Shown in pieces: positions 55,738 to 64,000 of a DNA stretch of 64,000 bases. Numbering within the stretch: the first letter of the stretch is position 1; each line of letters begins with the position of its first letter. The stretch is from assembly GCA_043805415.1 (NCBI GenBank), contig JAZDHZ010000034.1, positions 101,478 through 165,477 on the forward strand, read 5' to 3'. The notes under the pieces are model-generated. The model worked only from the letters and a program-made list of their open reading frames with translations. It had not been told where the DNA came from and did not search any database. The stretch is from Candidatus Omnitrophota bacterium. GTDB taxonomy: Bacteria; Omnitrophota; Gorgyraeia; B26-G9. The position numbers were made by a program, and so were the translations under genes.

Positions 55738-56805
55738 ATGCTTTTTAAGAAGAAAATAGAGATAATATTATTAGTAGTGCTTTTTTGTGTTTTATCAGGA
55801 TGTGCTGGTTCTCAAAAGGGGCTAAGGTTAAACAAGGACAAATATCGATCTATTGCTCAGGTTTGTGCTGATATTAATTTAACCTGGGATTGGGACGGTT
55901 TTTCCAATATTATCACTGTTAAAAATCTTAAAGTCAGCGCTAAGTTGTATCCGGGCAGCAGCTTAGTTCTCTATGATAATCAAGTATGTGATTTAAAAAG
56001 CCCGGTAATAATAGACCAGGGTATAATCAAGGTGCCAGCGTCTTTTGCTAGGTTGTTTGCTGGAAAAGTAGTGCCTTATAGAGAAACAAAAGCAAAGCCA
56101 AGCAATTTCAGTATTCGGAAAATTGTAATTGATCCTGGCCATGGATCCCAAGACCCCGGAGCGATTGGGACCAAAGGAATTCAGGAAAAAGATATTGTCC
56201 TGGATATTGCCCTGCGTTTAAAAAAAGAACTGGTTGCTGATGGAATGGAAGTTGTCTTAACCCGGCAAACAGATGTTTTTCATGCTTTGGAAAAAAGGGC
56301 GGAAATCGCTAATCAGGCAAAAGCGGATTTTTTTATCAGCATCCATGCTAATGCCGCGGAAGCAAAATCCGCCAATGGCTTTGAGGCCTACTTTTTATCA
56401 ACAGCTTATGATGATTTTAGCAAAGCCGTGCAGATCAGGGAAAACGCGGTTATTAAATATGAAGAAAACGCGGATTATAATAAAGCCGATGACTTAAATG
56501 CCACGCTTTGGGATATGATCTTGTCGGAAAATAGAATCGAGTCAATTGAAATGGCAAACTCGATTGCCGAAGAATTAAGAAAAAGCTTAAAGTTAAGAAC
56601 CCGCTTTGTAAAAGGCGCGAAGTTTTTAGTGTTAAAAGGAACGCGGATGCCGGCGGTATTACTGGAAGCCGGGTATTTGAGTAATCCGGAAGAAGGGGCG
56701 AAATTAAATAACCCTTATTATCGTCAGATGCTTGCTGAGTCAATTGCTCAGGGAATTATAAGTTATAAAAAAATGTTTGAACTAAGTGATGGGTTTAGCA
56801 GATGA
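55738..56805 (+). CDS. N-acetylmuramoyl-L-alanine amidase (Amidase_3 family), lipoprotein
   Basis: Lipobox LSGCAGS. The catalytic domain IVIDPGHGSQDPGAIG...FFISIHANA is typical of AmiA/AmiC-type amidases. Confidence 0.8.
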   Translation: MLFKKKIEIILLVVLFCVLSGCAGSQKGLRLNKDKYRSIAQVCADINLTWDWDGFSNIITVKNLKVSAKLYPGSSLVLYDNQVCDLKSPVIIDQGIIKVPASFARLFAGKVVPYRETKAKPSNFSIRKIVIDPGHGSQDPGAIGTKGIQEKDIVLDIALRLKKELVADGMEVVLTRQTDVFHALEKRAEIANQAKADFFISIHANAAEAKSANGFEAYFLSTAYDDFSKAVQIRENAVIKYEENADYNKADDLNATLWDMILSENRIESIEMANSIAEELRKSLKLRTRFVKGAKFLVLKGTRMPAVLLEAGYLSNPEEGAKLNNPYYRQMLAESIAQGIISYKKMFELSDGFSR

Positions 56806-57611
56806 ATGATCCAAGGCCAATTGGAATTTTTGATTCAGGAATGGGCGGGTTGACTGTGGTTAAAGAAGTCATGCGCAATCTTCCCAATGAAAAGATTGTT
56901 TATTTCGGCGATACAGCGCGGGTGCCTTATGGTCCGAAATCCAAAGAAACAGTTATCCGCTTTTCGATTGAAAATATTTTATTTTTGCTGAAAAATAATG
57001 TAAAACTGATTATTGTCGCCTGTAATACCGCCTCGAGCGTAGCTTTATCGGCTATAGAGAAAAACTTTAAAGTGCCGATAATGGGAGTAATCGAGCCCGG
57101 GGTCAGTGAAGCAATCCGGATAACGAAAAATAAACGCATTGGGATCATCGGCACAAAAACCACGGTTAATAGTCTGGCTTATGAAAAACAAATAAAAAAA
57201 ATTGACCCCAGGATCAAAGTTTATAGCAGCGCCTGTCCTTTATTTGTGCCTTTGGTTGAAGAAGGCTGGCTTAAGACAAAGATCACCAAAGAGATTGTGG
57301 CTAAGTACTTATTGCCGCTTAAAAACAAAAATATTGATACAATTGTTCTGGGATGCACGCATTATCCCTTGCTTAAACCAGTGATAAAAGATGTTTTAGG
57401 GCCAAACGTTAAGCTGATTGACTCAGCAAGACAAGTAGCTTATCAAGCAAAATACATTCTTGAAACCCAGGGTTTATTAACAACTAAAAAAAATACTAAG
57501 CAACCCAATGTTTATTTTTATGTCAGTGATGAACCTGACAATTTTGCCCATCAGGGTCAAAAATTCCTTGGTTTTGCCTTGAAAAATGTAAGGAAGGTAG
57601 CTAATGTTTGA
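56802..57611 (+). CDS. murI: glutamate racemase
   Basis: IGIFDSGMGGLTVVKEV...VYFGDTARVPYG and ..VACNTAS.. motifs. The start overlaps the upstream stop (ATGA). Confidence 0.85.
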   Translation: MNDPRPIGIFDSGMGGLTVVKEVMRNLPNEKIVYFGDTARVPYGPKSKETVIRFSIENILFLLKNNVKLIIVACNTASSVALSAIEKNFKVPIMGVIEPGVSEAIRITKNKRIGIIGTKTTVNSLAYEKQIKKIDPRIKVYSSACPLFVPLVEEGWLKTKITKEIVAKYLLPLKNKNIDTIVLGCTHYPLLKPVIKDVLGPNVKLIDSARQVAYQAKYILETQGLLTTKKNTKQPNVYFYVSDEPDNFAHQGQKFLGFALKNVRKVANV

Positions 57612-57972
57612 AATCAGCGTGATTATGGATTTTAGCGCGGCGCATAATTTAAGAGATTATAAAGGCAAGTGTGAGAATCTGCATGGACATAACTGGCAGG
57701 TAGAAGCGGTTTTTGCCGCAGAACAGCTGGCTAAAGGCGATATGGTAATGGATTTTAATGCGGCAAAGAAAATGCTGAAAAAGCTGCTGCAGTATTTTGA
57801 CCATGGCTATATTAATGAAACTGAATATTTTAAAAAATATAACCCGACTTCGGAAAACATTGCCAAATTTATTTTTCAAACTCTGGTTAAAAAAGTAAAA
57901 AAATATAAATGTATTGTTAAGCAAGTTAGCGTTTGGGAAAGCCCGCGGAGTAAAGCAACATACTACGAGTAA
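57604..57972 (+). CDS. queD: 6-carboxy-5,6,7,8-tetrahydropterin synthase
   Basis: MFEISVIMDFSAAHNLRDYKGKCENLHGHNW; 122 aa; 8-nt overlap with murI. Confidence 0.85.
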   Translation: MFEISVIMDFSAAHNLRDYKGKCENLHGHNWQVEAVFAAEQLAKGDMVMDFNAAKKMLKKLLQYFDHGYINETEYFKKYNPTSENIAKFIFQTLVKKVKKYKCIVKQVSVWESPRSKATYYE

Positions 57973-58002
57973 TGGGGATTACTCGTAAATGACAAATTAC
58001 AA

Positions 58003-58692
58003 ATGACAAATTACAAATTCAAAAAAAACAGAAAAAAGAAGGCTGTTGTTCTATTGTCCGGAGGATTGGATTCTTCGGTCAGCTTGTATTATGCCTTAAG
58101 TAAAGGTTATGAGGCGCATTGCCTGACTTTTGATTATGGCCAAAGGCATAAAAAAGAGATTGAGTTAGCGCGGCAAATCGCCAAAAAAGCGAAAAGTAAA
58201 TGGCAGCTGGTAAAAATCGCGTTGCCCTGGAAAGGCTCATCTTTACTGGATCGAAAACAAAAGATTCCCCAGCAGAGAAAAATTGACGCGGCAGTGCCAT
58301 CGACTTATGTTCCGGCAAGAAATATTATTTTCTTAAGTTTTGCCGCCTCTTTTGCTGAGAGCGTAAATGCCCAGGCGATTTTTATCGGCGCAAATGAAAT
58401 TGATTATTCCGGTTATCCTGATTGCCGGGAGGAATTTTTAAATGCTTTTTCCCTGGCTTTGGAAAAAGGCACAAAATGCGGAATACAGGGATTTAAGACG
58501 AGAATTCGCGCTCCCCTGGTTAAAAAGAATAAACAGCAGATTGTGAAATTAGCTGTGCGTTTAGGAGTGCCGCTGGAATTAACCTGGTCTTGTTATCTGG
58601 GCGGTAAAAAACCCTGCGGCGTGTGTGACAGTTGCCGTTTGCGGCAAAAGGGTTTTGCCCAAGCAAAAACGAAAGACCCGGCAGGATGTTAA
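58003..58692 (+). CDS. queC: 7-cyano-7-deazaguanine synthase
   Basis: AVVLLSGGLDSSV...FDYGQRH PP-loop; C-terminal Zn motif CGVCDSCRLR. Confidence 0.9.
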   Translation: MTNYKFKKNRKKKAVVLLSGGLDSSVSLYYALSKGYEAHCLTFDYGQRHKKEIELARQIAKKAKSKWQLVKIALPWKGSSLLDRKQKIPQQRKIDAAVPSTYVPARNIIFLSFAASFAESVNAQAIFIGANEIDYSGYPDCREEFLNAFSLALEKGTKCGIQGFKTRIRAPLVKKNKQQIVKLAVRLGVPLELTWSCYLGGKKPCGVCDSCRLRQKGFAQAKTKDPAGC

Positions 58693-59366
58693 AAGCTAAA
58701 ATATCGGAAATATTTTTTAGTCTTCAGGGCGAAGGGATTTACGCCGGCACGGCGCATGTTTTTATCCGGTTTTTCGGCTGTAATATTAAGTGTCGATATT
58801 GCGACACAAATAAAAACAGTTTTAAAGAATATAGTGTTGCCCAACTGATTGCCCGGGTCCGGAAACTAGTAAAAGAGCATAAGGCAAAGTATATTACCCT
58901 AACCGGCGGCGAACCGCTTTTACAAGCTGATTTCATTAATCGGTTTTTAATTAAATCGCAATCAAATAAAACTCGGATTTATCTGGAAACAAATGGGCTG
59001 CTGTGTTCTGAGTTTTTAAAAATAAAAAATCAGGTTGATCTTGTGGCAATGGATTTTAAGCTGCCTGGGGCAACCGGGCTGAGTGATTTTTGGGCTGAGC
59101 ATGAGCGGTTTTTAAAATTATGCAAACCAAAGTCGGTATTTATTAAAGCAGTTATCAGTCTGAAAACAAAAGCAGCGGAAATAAAAAAAGCAGCGGAATT
59201 AATCAGCCAGGTAAATAAGGATATAGTTTTGGTATTACAGCCAAATCATGATGAATTATCTCCTGAGCTGATAAAAAAAGCCATGCTTTGGCAAACAAAT
59301 AGCCAGCAGTATTTAACTGATGTCAGAGTAATTCCGCAGATGCATAAACTTATAGGAGTCCGTTAA
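58686..59366 (+). CDS. queE: 7-carboxy-7-deazaguanine synthase (radical SAM)
   Basis: The ATG at 58686 overlaps the queC stop. IFFSLQGEGIYAGTAHVFIRFFGCNIKCRYCDT. Confidence 0.85.
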   Translation: MLKAKISEIFFSLQGEGIYAGTAHVFIRFFGCNIKCRYCDTNKNSFKEYSVAQLIARVRKLVKEHKAKYITLTGGEPLLQADFINRFLIKSQSNKTRIYLETNGLLCSEFLKIKNQVDLVAMDFKLPGATGLSDFWAEHERFLKLCKPKSVFIKAVISLKTKAAEIKKAAELISQVNKDIVLVLQPNHDELSPELIKKAMLWQTNSQQYLTDVRVIPQMHKLIGVR

Positions 59367-59779
59367 TGAAAAAGCAAACACAAAAGAAAAGCTTGTATGA
59401 GAATCTGCAAAAAGACATTCGCGACTTAAAACTGCCGGATATTGAAGTTTGGCAGAATATGTACGCGGATAAAGATTATTTGATTCAAATGGATGTGCCG
59501 GAATTTACCTGTATCTGTCCCAAAACCGGATTGCCGGATTTTGCTAAGATCACGATCGCGTACACTCCGGATAAATCCTGTCTTGAGTTAAAATCATTCA
59601 AGCTGTATATTAATGCCTATCGTGATGTCGGGATTTTTCATGAACATGTGGTTAACAAGATCTTAGATGATTTAGTCATAGCTTGTAAACCCCGTTCAAT
59701 CAGCGTTAAGGGTGAATTTAATCTCCGCGGGGGAATTAAAACCAGTGTCTCGGCTGAGTATAAAACAAGGAAAAAATAA
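59366..59779 (+). CDS. queF: NADPH-dependent 7-cyano-7-deazaguanine reductase (type I QueF)
   Basis: QMDVPEFTCICPKTGLPDFA...ELKSFKLY; TAATG overlap with queE. Confidence 0.85.
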   Translation: MKKQTQKKSLYENLQKDIRDLKLPDIEVWQNMYADKDYLIQMDVPEFTCICPKTGLPDFAKITIAYTPDKSCLELKSFKLYINAYRDVGIFHEHVVNKILDDLVIACKPRSISVKGEFNLRGGIKTSVSAEYKTRKK

Positions 59780-59783
59780 TAGG

Positions 59784-60623
59784 ATGAGAAAAATATCATC
59801 TGAATTAATTAAAAATAAAGTGACAAAACTGGCTATTGAGGCAAATACCAAATTGCGTTCAGACGTATTGGTATTGCTTAAAAAAGCATTATTAAAAGAA
59901 GACCGGGCTTTATCCAAAAAAGCGATTGCCGCGATTATTGAAAATGCCAGGATTGCTTTAAGCCGGAAATTGGCGATTTGCCAGGATACCGGCATGCCGG
60001 TAGTATTTGTCGAAATGGGAAGCAATGTTTATATTAAAGATAATATTAATCAGCTTATCACTCAAGGCATAAGCCTGGGCTATAAGCAGGGCGGCTTAAG
60101 GGCATCGATTCAAAAAGATCCGATATTCAGACAAAGTAAATTAGCTTATGACCCGATTATTACGCATATTGATATTGTAAAAGGGGATAAACTTAAAATA
60201 ACTGTTTTGCCTAAAGGATTTGGCAGCGAAAATAAAGCGCAGGTTAAAATGCTCAATCCCACTGCTTCTATCGCGGAGATTGAGGATTTTATTGTTCAGG
60301 CTGTGAAAGTTGCCGGAGCTGGAGCTTGTCCGCCTTATATTATCGGCGTGGGCATTGGCGGCACTCAGGATTATGCTTGTTTGCTGGCAAAAAAAGCATT
60401 ATTAAAACCAATTACAGCTAGAAACAGGAATAAAGAATTAGCGGGATTAGAGCAAAGCTTACTTGAAAAAATCAATAAACTTGATATCGGGCCATTTGGC
60501 TTTGGGGGTAAGGCAACCGCGCTTAAAGTAAATATTTTAACTTATCCCACGCATATAGCAGGATTGCCGGTCAGCGTTAATATCAGCTGTCATGCTTTGC
60601 GCAGCGCGAGTATTATTATTTAA
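59784..60623 (+). CDS. Fe-S hydro-lyase alpha subunit (class I fumarate hydratase FumA-N / L(+)-tartrate dehydratase TtdA type)
   Basis: ICQDTGMPVVFVEMG signature. The start is taken at the ATG at 59784 (RBS AAGGAAAAA) rather than the longer listed ORF that overlaps queF. Confidence 0.75.
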   Translation: MRKISSELIKNKVTKLAIEANTKLRSDVLVLLKKALLKEDRALSKKAIAAIIENARIALSRKLAICQDTGMPVVFVEMGSNVYIKDNINQLITQGISLGYKQGGLRASIQKDPIFRQSKLAYDPIITHIDIVKGDKLKITVLPKGFGSENKAQVKMLNPTASIAEIEDFIVQAVKVAGAGACPPYIIGVGIGGTQDYACLLAKKALLKPITARNRNKELAGLEQSLLEKINKLDIGPFGFGGKATALKVNILTYPTHIAGLPVSVNISCHALRSASIII

Positions 60624-60647
60624 ATTAAAAAACTGATATAGGATAAA

Positions 60648-61178
60648 ATGAATAAATTAAATGTAAGTTTAACCAAAGAAAGCATAAAAGACCTGGTTGT
60701 CGGTCAGGAAATTCTGTACACTGGAGTTTTATATACAGCCCGCGATCAGGCGCATAAGCGTTTGATTGAGCTGATTGATACAGGTAAAAAACTCCCTTTT
60801 GATATTCAGGATAAAATAATTTATTACTGCGGTCCGACTCTTGGCCTGAAAGGCCAGATAGTGGGTTCCTGCGGGCCGACAACTTCCAGCCGCATGGATA
60901 TGTTTACTCCCAGGCTTTTGGAAAACGGATTATTAGCCACTGTGGGCAAAGGAGAGCGGTCGCTTGAGGTTATTAACGCGATCAAAAAAAACAAGTCAGT
61001 TTATTTTTCCACTTATGCCGGCTGCGGCGCGCTTTTAGCTCAATATGTGATAAAAAAACAGCTGGTTTGTTTTAAAGACTTAGGCGCGGAAGCTGTTTTC
61101 GCGTTTACGGTCAAAGATTTTCCATTAATTGTGGCCATTGATTCCAAGGGGGGTAATATTTATGCCAAGAACAGCTAA
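60648..61178 (+). CDS. Fe-S hydro-lyase beta subunit (FumA-C/TtdB type)
   Basis: [12 protein letters not shown]...GPTTSSRMD motifs; about 176 aa. Confidence 0.75.
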   Translation: MNKLNVSLTKESIKDLVVGQEILYTGVLYTARDQAHKRLIELIDTGKKLPFDIQDKIIYYCGPTLGLKGQIVGSCGPTTSSRMDMFTPRLLENGLLATVGKGERSLEVINAIKKNKSVYFSTYAGCGALLAQYVIKKQLVCFKDLGAEAVFAFTVKDFPLIVAIDSKGGNIYAKNS

Positions 61179-61896
61179 AAAAAAGCCGGATGCTTTGCGC
61201 AAGGTTTGCATTACCCGAAATTATATGAAATATGCCGAGGGTTCCTGTTTGATTGAAGTCGGCAATACAAAAGTTATCTGCACTGCTTCGGTTGAAGATA
61301 AAGTGCCGGCTTTTTTGCGGGATAAAGGTACCGGCTGGATAACTGCCGAGTACTCAATGCTGCCCAGATCCTGTCTTACCCGCAGTCCGCGGGAATCAAG
61401 CAAAGGCAAGGTCGGCGGCCGGACGCATGAAATTCAGCGCTTGATCGGCAGATCGCTGCGCACAGTAGTTGATTTAAAAAAATTAGGAGAACGCACGATT
61501 TGGATTGATTGTGATGTTATTCAAGCAGACGGCGGCACACGCACAGCCAGTATTACCGGCAGTTTTGTCGCGCTGGTAGATGCTTTATACGCTTTGCAGA
61601 AAGCAGGCAAAATACAGTTATTTCCAGTAAAGAAATATGTCGCGGCAACTAGTGTCGGGATTGTTGCCGGAACGCCGACATTAGACCTTGATTATGAGCA
61701 GGATTCTAACGCTGATGTGGATATGAATGTTGTCATGACCTCATCCGGAGAATTCATCGAACTGCAGGGAACAGCAGAGCGCGTGCCGTTTAATCAAAAG
61801 CAGCTTATCCAATTAACCAAACTGGCGAAAAAAGGCATTGATAAACTGATCAAGCTGCAGAAAAAAGCCTTGGATGATTTACCATTTAACATATAG
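61162..61896 (+). CDS. rph: ribonuclease PH
   Basis: The ATG at 61162 ([44 protein letters not shown]) matches the RNase PH N-terminus. It overlaps the upstream stop. Confidence 0.85.
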   Translation: MPRTAKKKPDALRKVCITRNYMKYAEGSCLIEVGNTKVICTASVEDKVPAFLRDKGTGWITAEYSMLPRSCLTRSPRESSKGKVGGRTHEIQRLIGRSLRTVVDLKKLGERTIWIDCDVIQADGGTRTASITGSFVALVDALYALQKAGKIQLFPVKKYVAATSVGIVAGTPTLDLDYEQDSNADVDMNVVMTSSGEFIELQGTAERVPFNQKQLIQLTKLAKKGIDKLIKLQKKALDDLPFNI

Positions 61897-62083
61897 AATA
61901 ATTATTAATGACAAGTTATGAATTATGAGTTTAAAAATAAAGAAGGTAAAAGTATTCAGCATATATAAAAAATTAAAAAACGCGCAAACACGATAACTCT
62001 AAAACTTTTTGTTATCAATTTGACTATAGACTATTAGCTATTAACTGTGATCTGGCAACCGGTGAACTGGAGAACTCTTAGAA

Positions 62084-62713
62084 ATGGAAGTTATCGTATC
62101 AACGAGAAATAAAAATAAGTTTCAGGAAATAAGCAAGATCTTATCTGATGCCAAGATCAAAGCGCTTAACTTGCAAGGATTTCCGCTTGCGCCTAAAAGA
62201 ATAAAAGAAGACGGCGATACTTTTAGCGCTAATGCTTGTATCAAAGCTTTAAAAATTGCCCGCAGTACCAAGCGGTTAACCGTGGCAGATGATTCGGGTT
62301 TGGAAGTAAAATCCTTAGCCGGCGCTCCCGGGGTTTATTCCGCGAGATTTTCCGGACAAGGGGCTACCTATCAATCAAATAATACTAAATTGCTGAAACT
62401 TTTAAACCATTTGCCGAATAAAAAGGACCGCAAGGCCAGGTTTGTCTGCGCTGTGGCGATTGCCGATGCTAAGGGGATTATTGCTGTAGTCGAAGGAATT
62501 TGCCCTGGCTATATCGCTCTGGAAGAAAAAGGGACAAAAGGATTTGGCTATGATCCATTGTTTGAAGTCAGCCGATATAAAAAAACATTCGCTCAATTGA
62601 GTCCTAAGCTTAAAAACCAAATAAGCCATCGGGCAAAAGCGTTTGCCAAAGCAAAAAAAGTTGTTCTGAGATATATCAATAAAGCTCAAAGAACAAATAA
62701 AATTTTTACTTAG
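62084..62713 (+). CDS. rdgB: non-canonical purine NTP pyrophosphatase (RdgB/HAM1 family)
   Basis: VSTRNKNKFQE, DDSGLEV, GAPGVYSARF, GFGYDPLF, SHRAKA motifs. Confidence 0.8.
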   Translation: MEVIVSTRNKNKFQEISKILSDAKIKALNLQGFPLAPKRIKEDGDTFSANACIKALKIARSTKRLTVADDSGLEVKSLAGAPGVYSARFSGQGATYQSNNTKLLKLLNHLPNKKDRKARFVCAVAIADAKGIIAVVEGICPGYIALEEKGTKGFGYDPLFEVSRYKKTFAQLSPKLKNQISHRAKAFAKAKKVVLRYINKAQRTNKIFT

Positions 62714-62730
62714 TCTGGAAAGGTGATTTC

Positions 62731-64000
62731 ATGAAACTGTATTACCGCTTATTAAAAAACTTTATTGGGCCGCACTTATTCACATTGGGGCTTTCGGTGC
62801 TGTTTATGTTTTTATCAGCTATTTTTGACAGCGCGTCCTTAACTATGCTCGTTCCTTTAAGTGATAAAGTTCTTGGACAAAATAAGATTGTTTTTGATAA
62901 GCCGCTGCCGGAGTTTTTGGCAAAAATTGTTGAACAGATAAATGAAACTCCTCCTTTAGAAATGCTGAATATAATTGTAGTTATAATTCTAGTGGTATTT
63001 ATCTTAAAGGGAATATTTTCTTTTGGCCGGACATATTTAGTAACTAAATTAAGTCAATTGGTTATTCGGGATATTAGAGATACGATTTACCGAAAAATAC
63101 AGAATTTTTCTCTGGATTATTTTACCCAAAGCGTTACCGGGCATTTGGTTTCCCGGATTACTTATGATGTTGATATTTTAAAAGGCACAATATCCGTTGG
63201 CTTGACAATGATCTACAATTGCCTGACCATGGTTTTTTTGGCAGCGATTGTATTTTATATAAATTGGAAATGGGCGCTGATGTCCGTGGCGCTTGTGCCT
63301 TTAGTTGCTTGGCCAATTGTTAGCATCGGACGGATGATAAAGAAAATCAGTACGCAAGCGCAGGAAAAAATGGGAGATTTAAATCGGAAATTATTTGAAA
63401 CAATTTCCGGAGTGAGAATTGTAAAAGCTTTTTCCATGGAAGATAAGGAAATTATTAAAGTCGGTAATCATAATCTTTCTTTTTATAAAATAATGATGAG
63501 ACTGGAAAAAAGGTCTCAAATCCTTGGGCCGTTTACTGAATTTATCGGTGCCTGTGGCGGTCTGGCTTTTCTTTATTATGGAGGCAGGAGTGTTATTAAC
63601 GGCAATATGTCTTTTGGAATTTTTGTGCTTTTTCTTACTGCTTTATTGTCATTAATTAAGCCGTTTAGGCGATTAAGTGAAATCCACAGCATAAATCAAC
63701 AGGGCTTGGCAGCGGCAAAAAGGGTTTTTGATGTTTTAGATTCGCCGATAAAAGTAGCGGAAGCTAAAAACGCGATCAAATTGCCGGGGTTTAAAAAGGA
63801 TTTGGTGTTTACCAACGTGAGTTTTGGTTATGACGAAACAATGATTTTAAATCAGATTAATTTAACCGTAAGCAAAGGTGATATTATTGGCTTGGTGGGA
63901 GCCAGCGGTGTGGGAAAAACTACTTTAGTTAATTTAATCCCCAGATTCTATGACCCGACTCAAGGTTCAATAAAGCTGGATGGAATAGACATAAAGGATG
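62731..64000 (+). CDS. ABC transporter permease/ATP-binding protein, MsbA-like exporter, 3'-partial (runs off the window)
   Basis: Six-TM domain followed by Walker A GASGVGKTTLVNLI. Open frame from the ATG at 62731 to the window end. Not in the ORF track because there is no stop. Confidence 0.8.
   Translation, partial: MKLYYRLLKNFIGPHLFTLGLSVLFMFLSAIFDSASLTMLVPLSDKVLGQNKIVFDKPLPEFLAKIVEQINETPPLEMLNIIVVIILVVFILKGIFSFGRTYLVTKLSQLVIRDIRDTIYRKIQNFSLDYFTQSVTGHLVSRITYDVDILKGTISVGLTMIYNCLTMVFLAAIVFYINWKWALMSVALVPLVAWPIVSIGRMIKKISTQAQEKMGDLNRKLFETISGVRIVKAFSMEDKEIIKVGNHNLSFYKIMMRLEKRSQILGPFTEFIGACGGLAFLYYGGRSVINGNMSFGIFVLFLTALLSLIKPFRRLSEIHSINQQGLAAAKRVFDVLDSPIKVAEAKNAIKLPGFKKDLVFTNVSFGYDETMILNQINLTVSKGDIIGLVGASGVGKTTLVNLIPRFYDPTQGSIKLDGIDIKD

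Noticed and set aside
59712-59783. The longer listed start of the fumarase alpha-subunit ORF overlapping queF by 68 nt
   Set aside because: The N-terminal extension (MNLISAGELKPVSRLSIKQGKNNR) is not conserved-looking. The ATG at 59784 has a purine-rich RBS and follows the queF stop.

Overview
This is a low-GC bacterial chromosomal window read under the standard genetic code, with nearly all genes on the + strand. About half of it is conserved housekeeping: rsgA, smc, hemW, tRNA-Leu(GAG), smpB plus tmRNA, and a translationally coupled operon (cell-wall amidase, murI, queD-queC-queE-queF, a two-subunit class I fumarate hydratase, rph), then rdgB and a 3'-partial MsbA-like ABC exporter. The other half is accessory-looking and dominated by very large secreted or membrane proteins of 560 to 2986 aa. 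These include a secreted GH77 4-alpha-glucanotransferase fusion (1642 aa), an adjacent 1340-aa protein with tandem LHWG..W starch-binding-like repeats and a GH13-like signature, an 1100-aa protein with a Pol-beta-type nucleotidyltransferase motif, and a 2986-aa mega-protein. The mega-protein combines a lytic-transglycosylase-like segment, TM helices, an HExxH motif, an arginase/deacetylase-like motif pair, a P-loop kinase-like domain, an HD domain, a cNMP-binding domain, a GGDEF and a degenerate GGDEF domain. Other calls are secreted CAZymes (GH26-like, GH5-like, GH116), a TPR protein with a Peptidase_MA-like HExxH domain, a secreted methyltransferase-domain protein, a 5'-truncated class D (OXA-like) beta-lactamase remnant, and a GAF-GGDEF gene interrupted by a single in-frame TAA. 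The most notable sequence-level observations are: (i) a family of giant secreted proteins sharing an idiosyncratic N-terminal leader (KFRLIFR...LQAFL..NFAWA) and a conserved extreme C-terminus (hydrophobic, G/E, Q, A/S, I-COOH), suggesting a dedicated sorting route; (ii) an AMPK-beta/CBM48-type glycogen-binding module inserted in the SMC hinge; (iii) two copies of a structured hairpin+U-tract leader element in the 5' UTRs of adjacent secreted-protein genes; (iv) a conserved GNRA-loop intrinsic terminator present three times with compensatory base changes; (v) repeated near-perfect sigma70 promoters (TTGNAA-17-TGGTATAMT). Everything was read by eye from the sequence and the ORF track; no database search was possible. 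The giant-gene content is reminiscent of Omnitrophota-like or other uncultured lineages, but that is a low-confidence inference.
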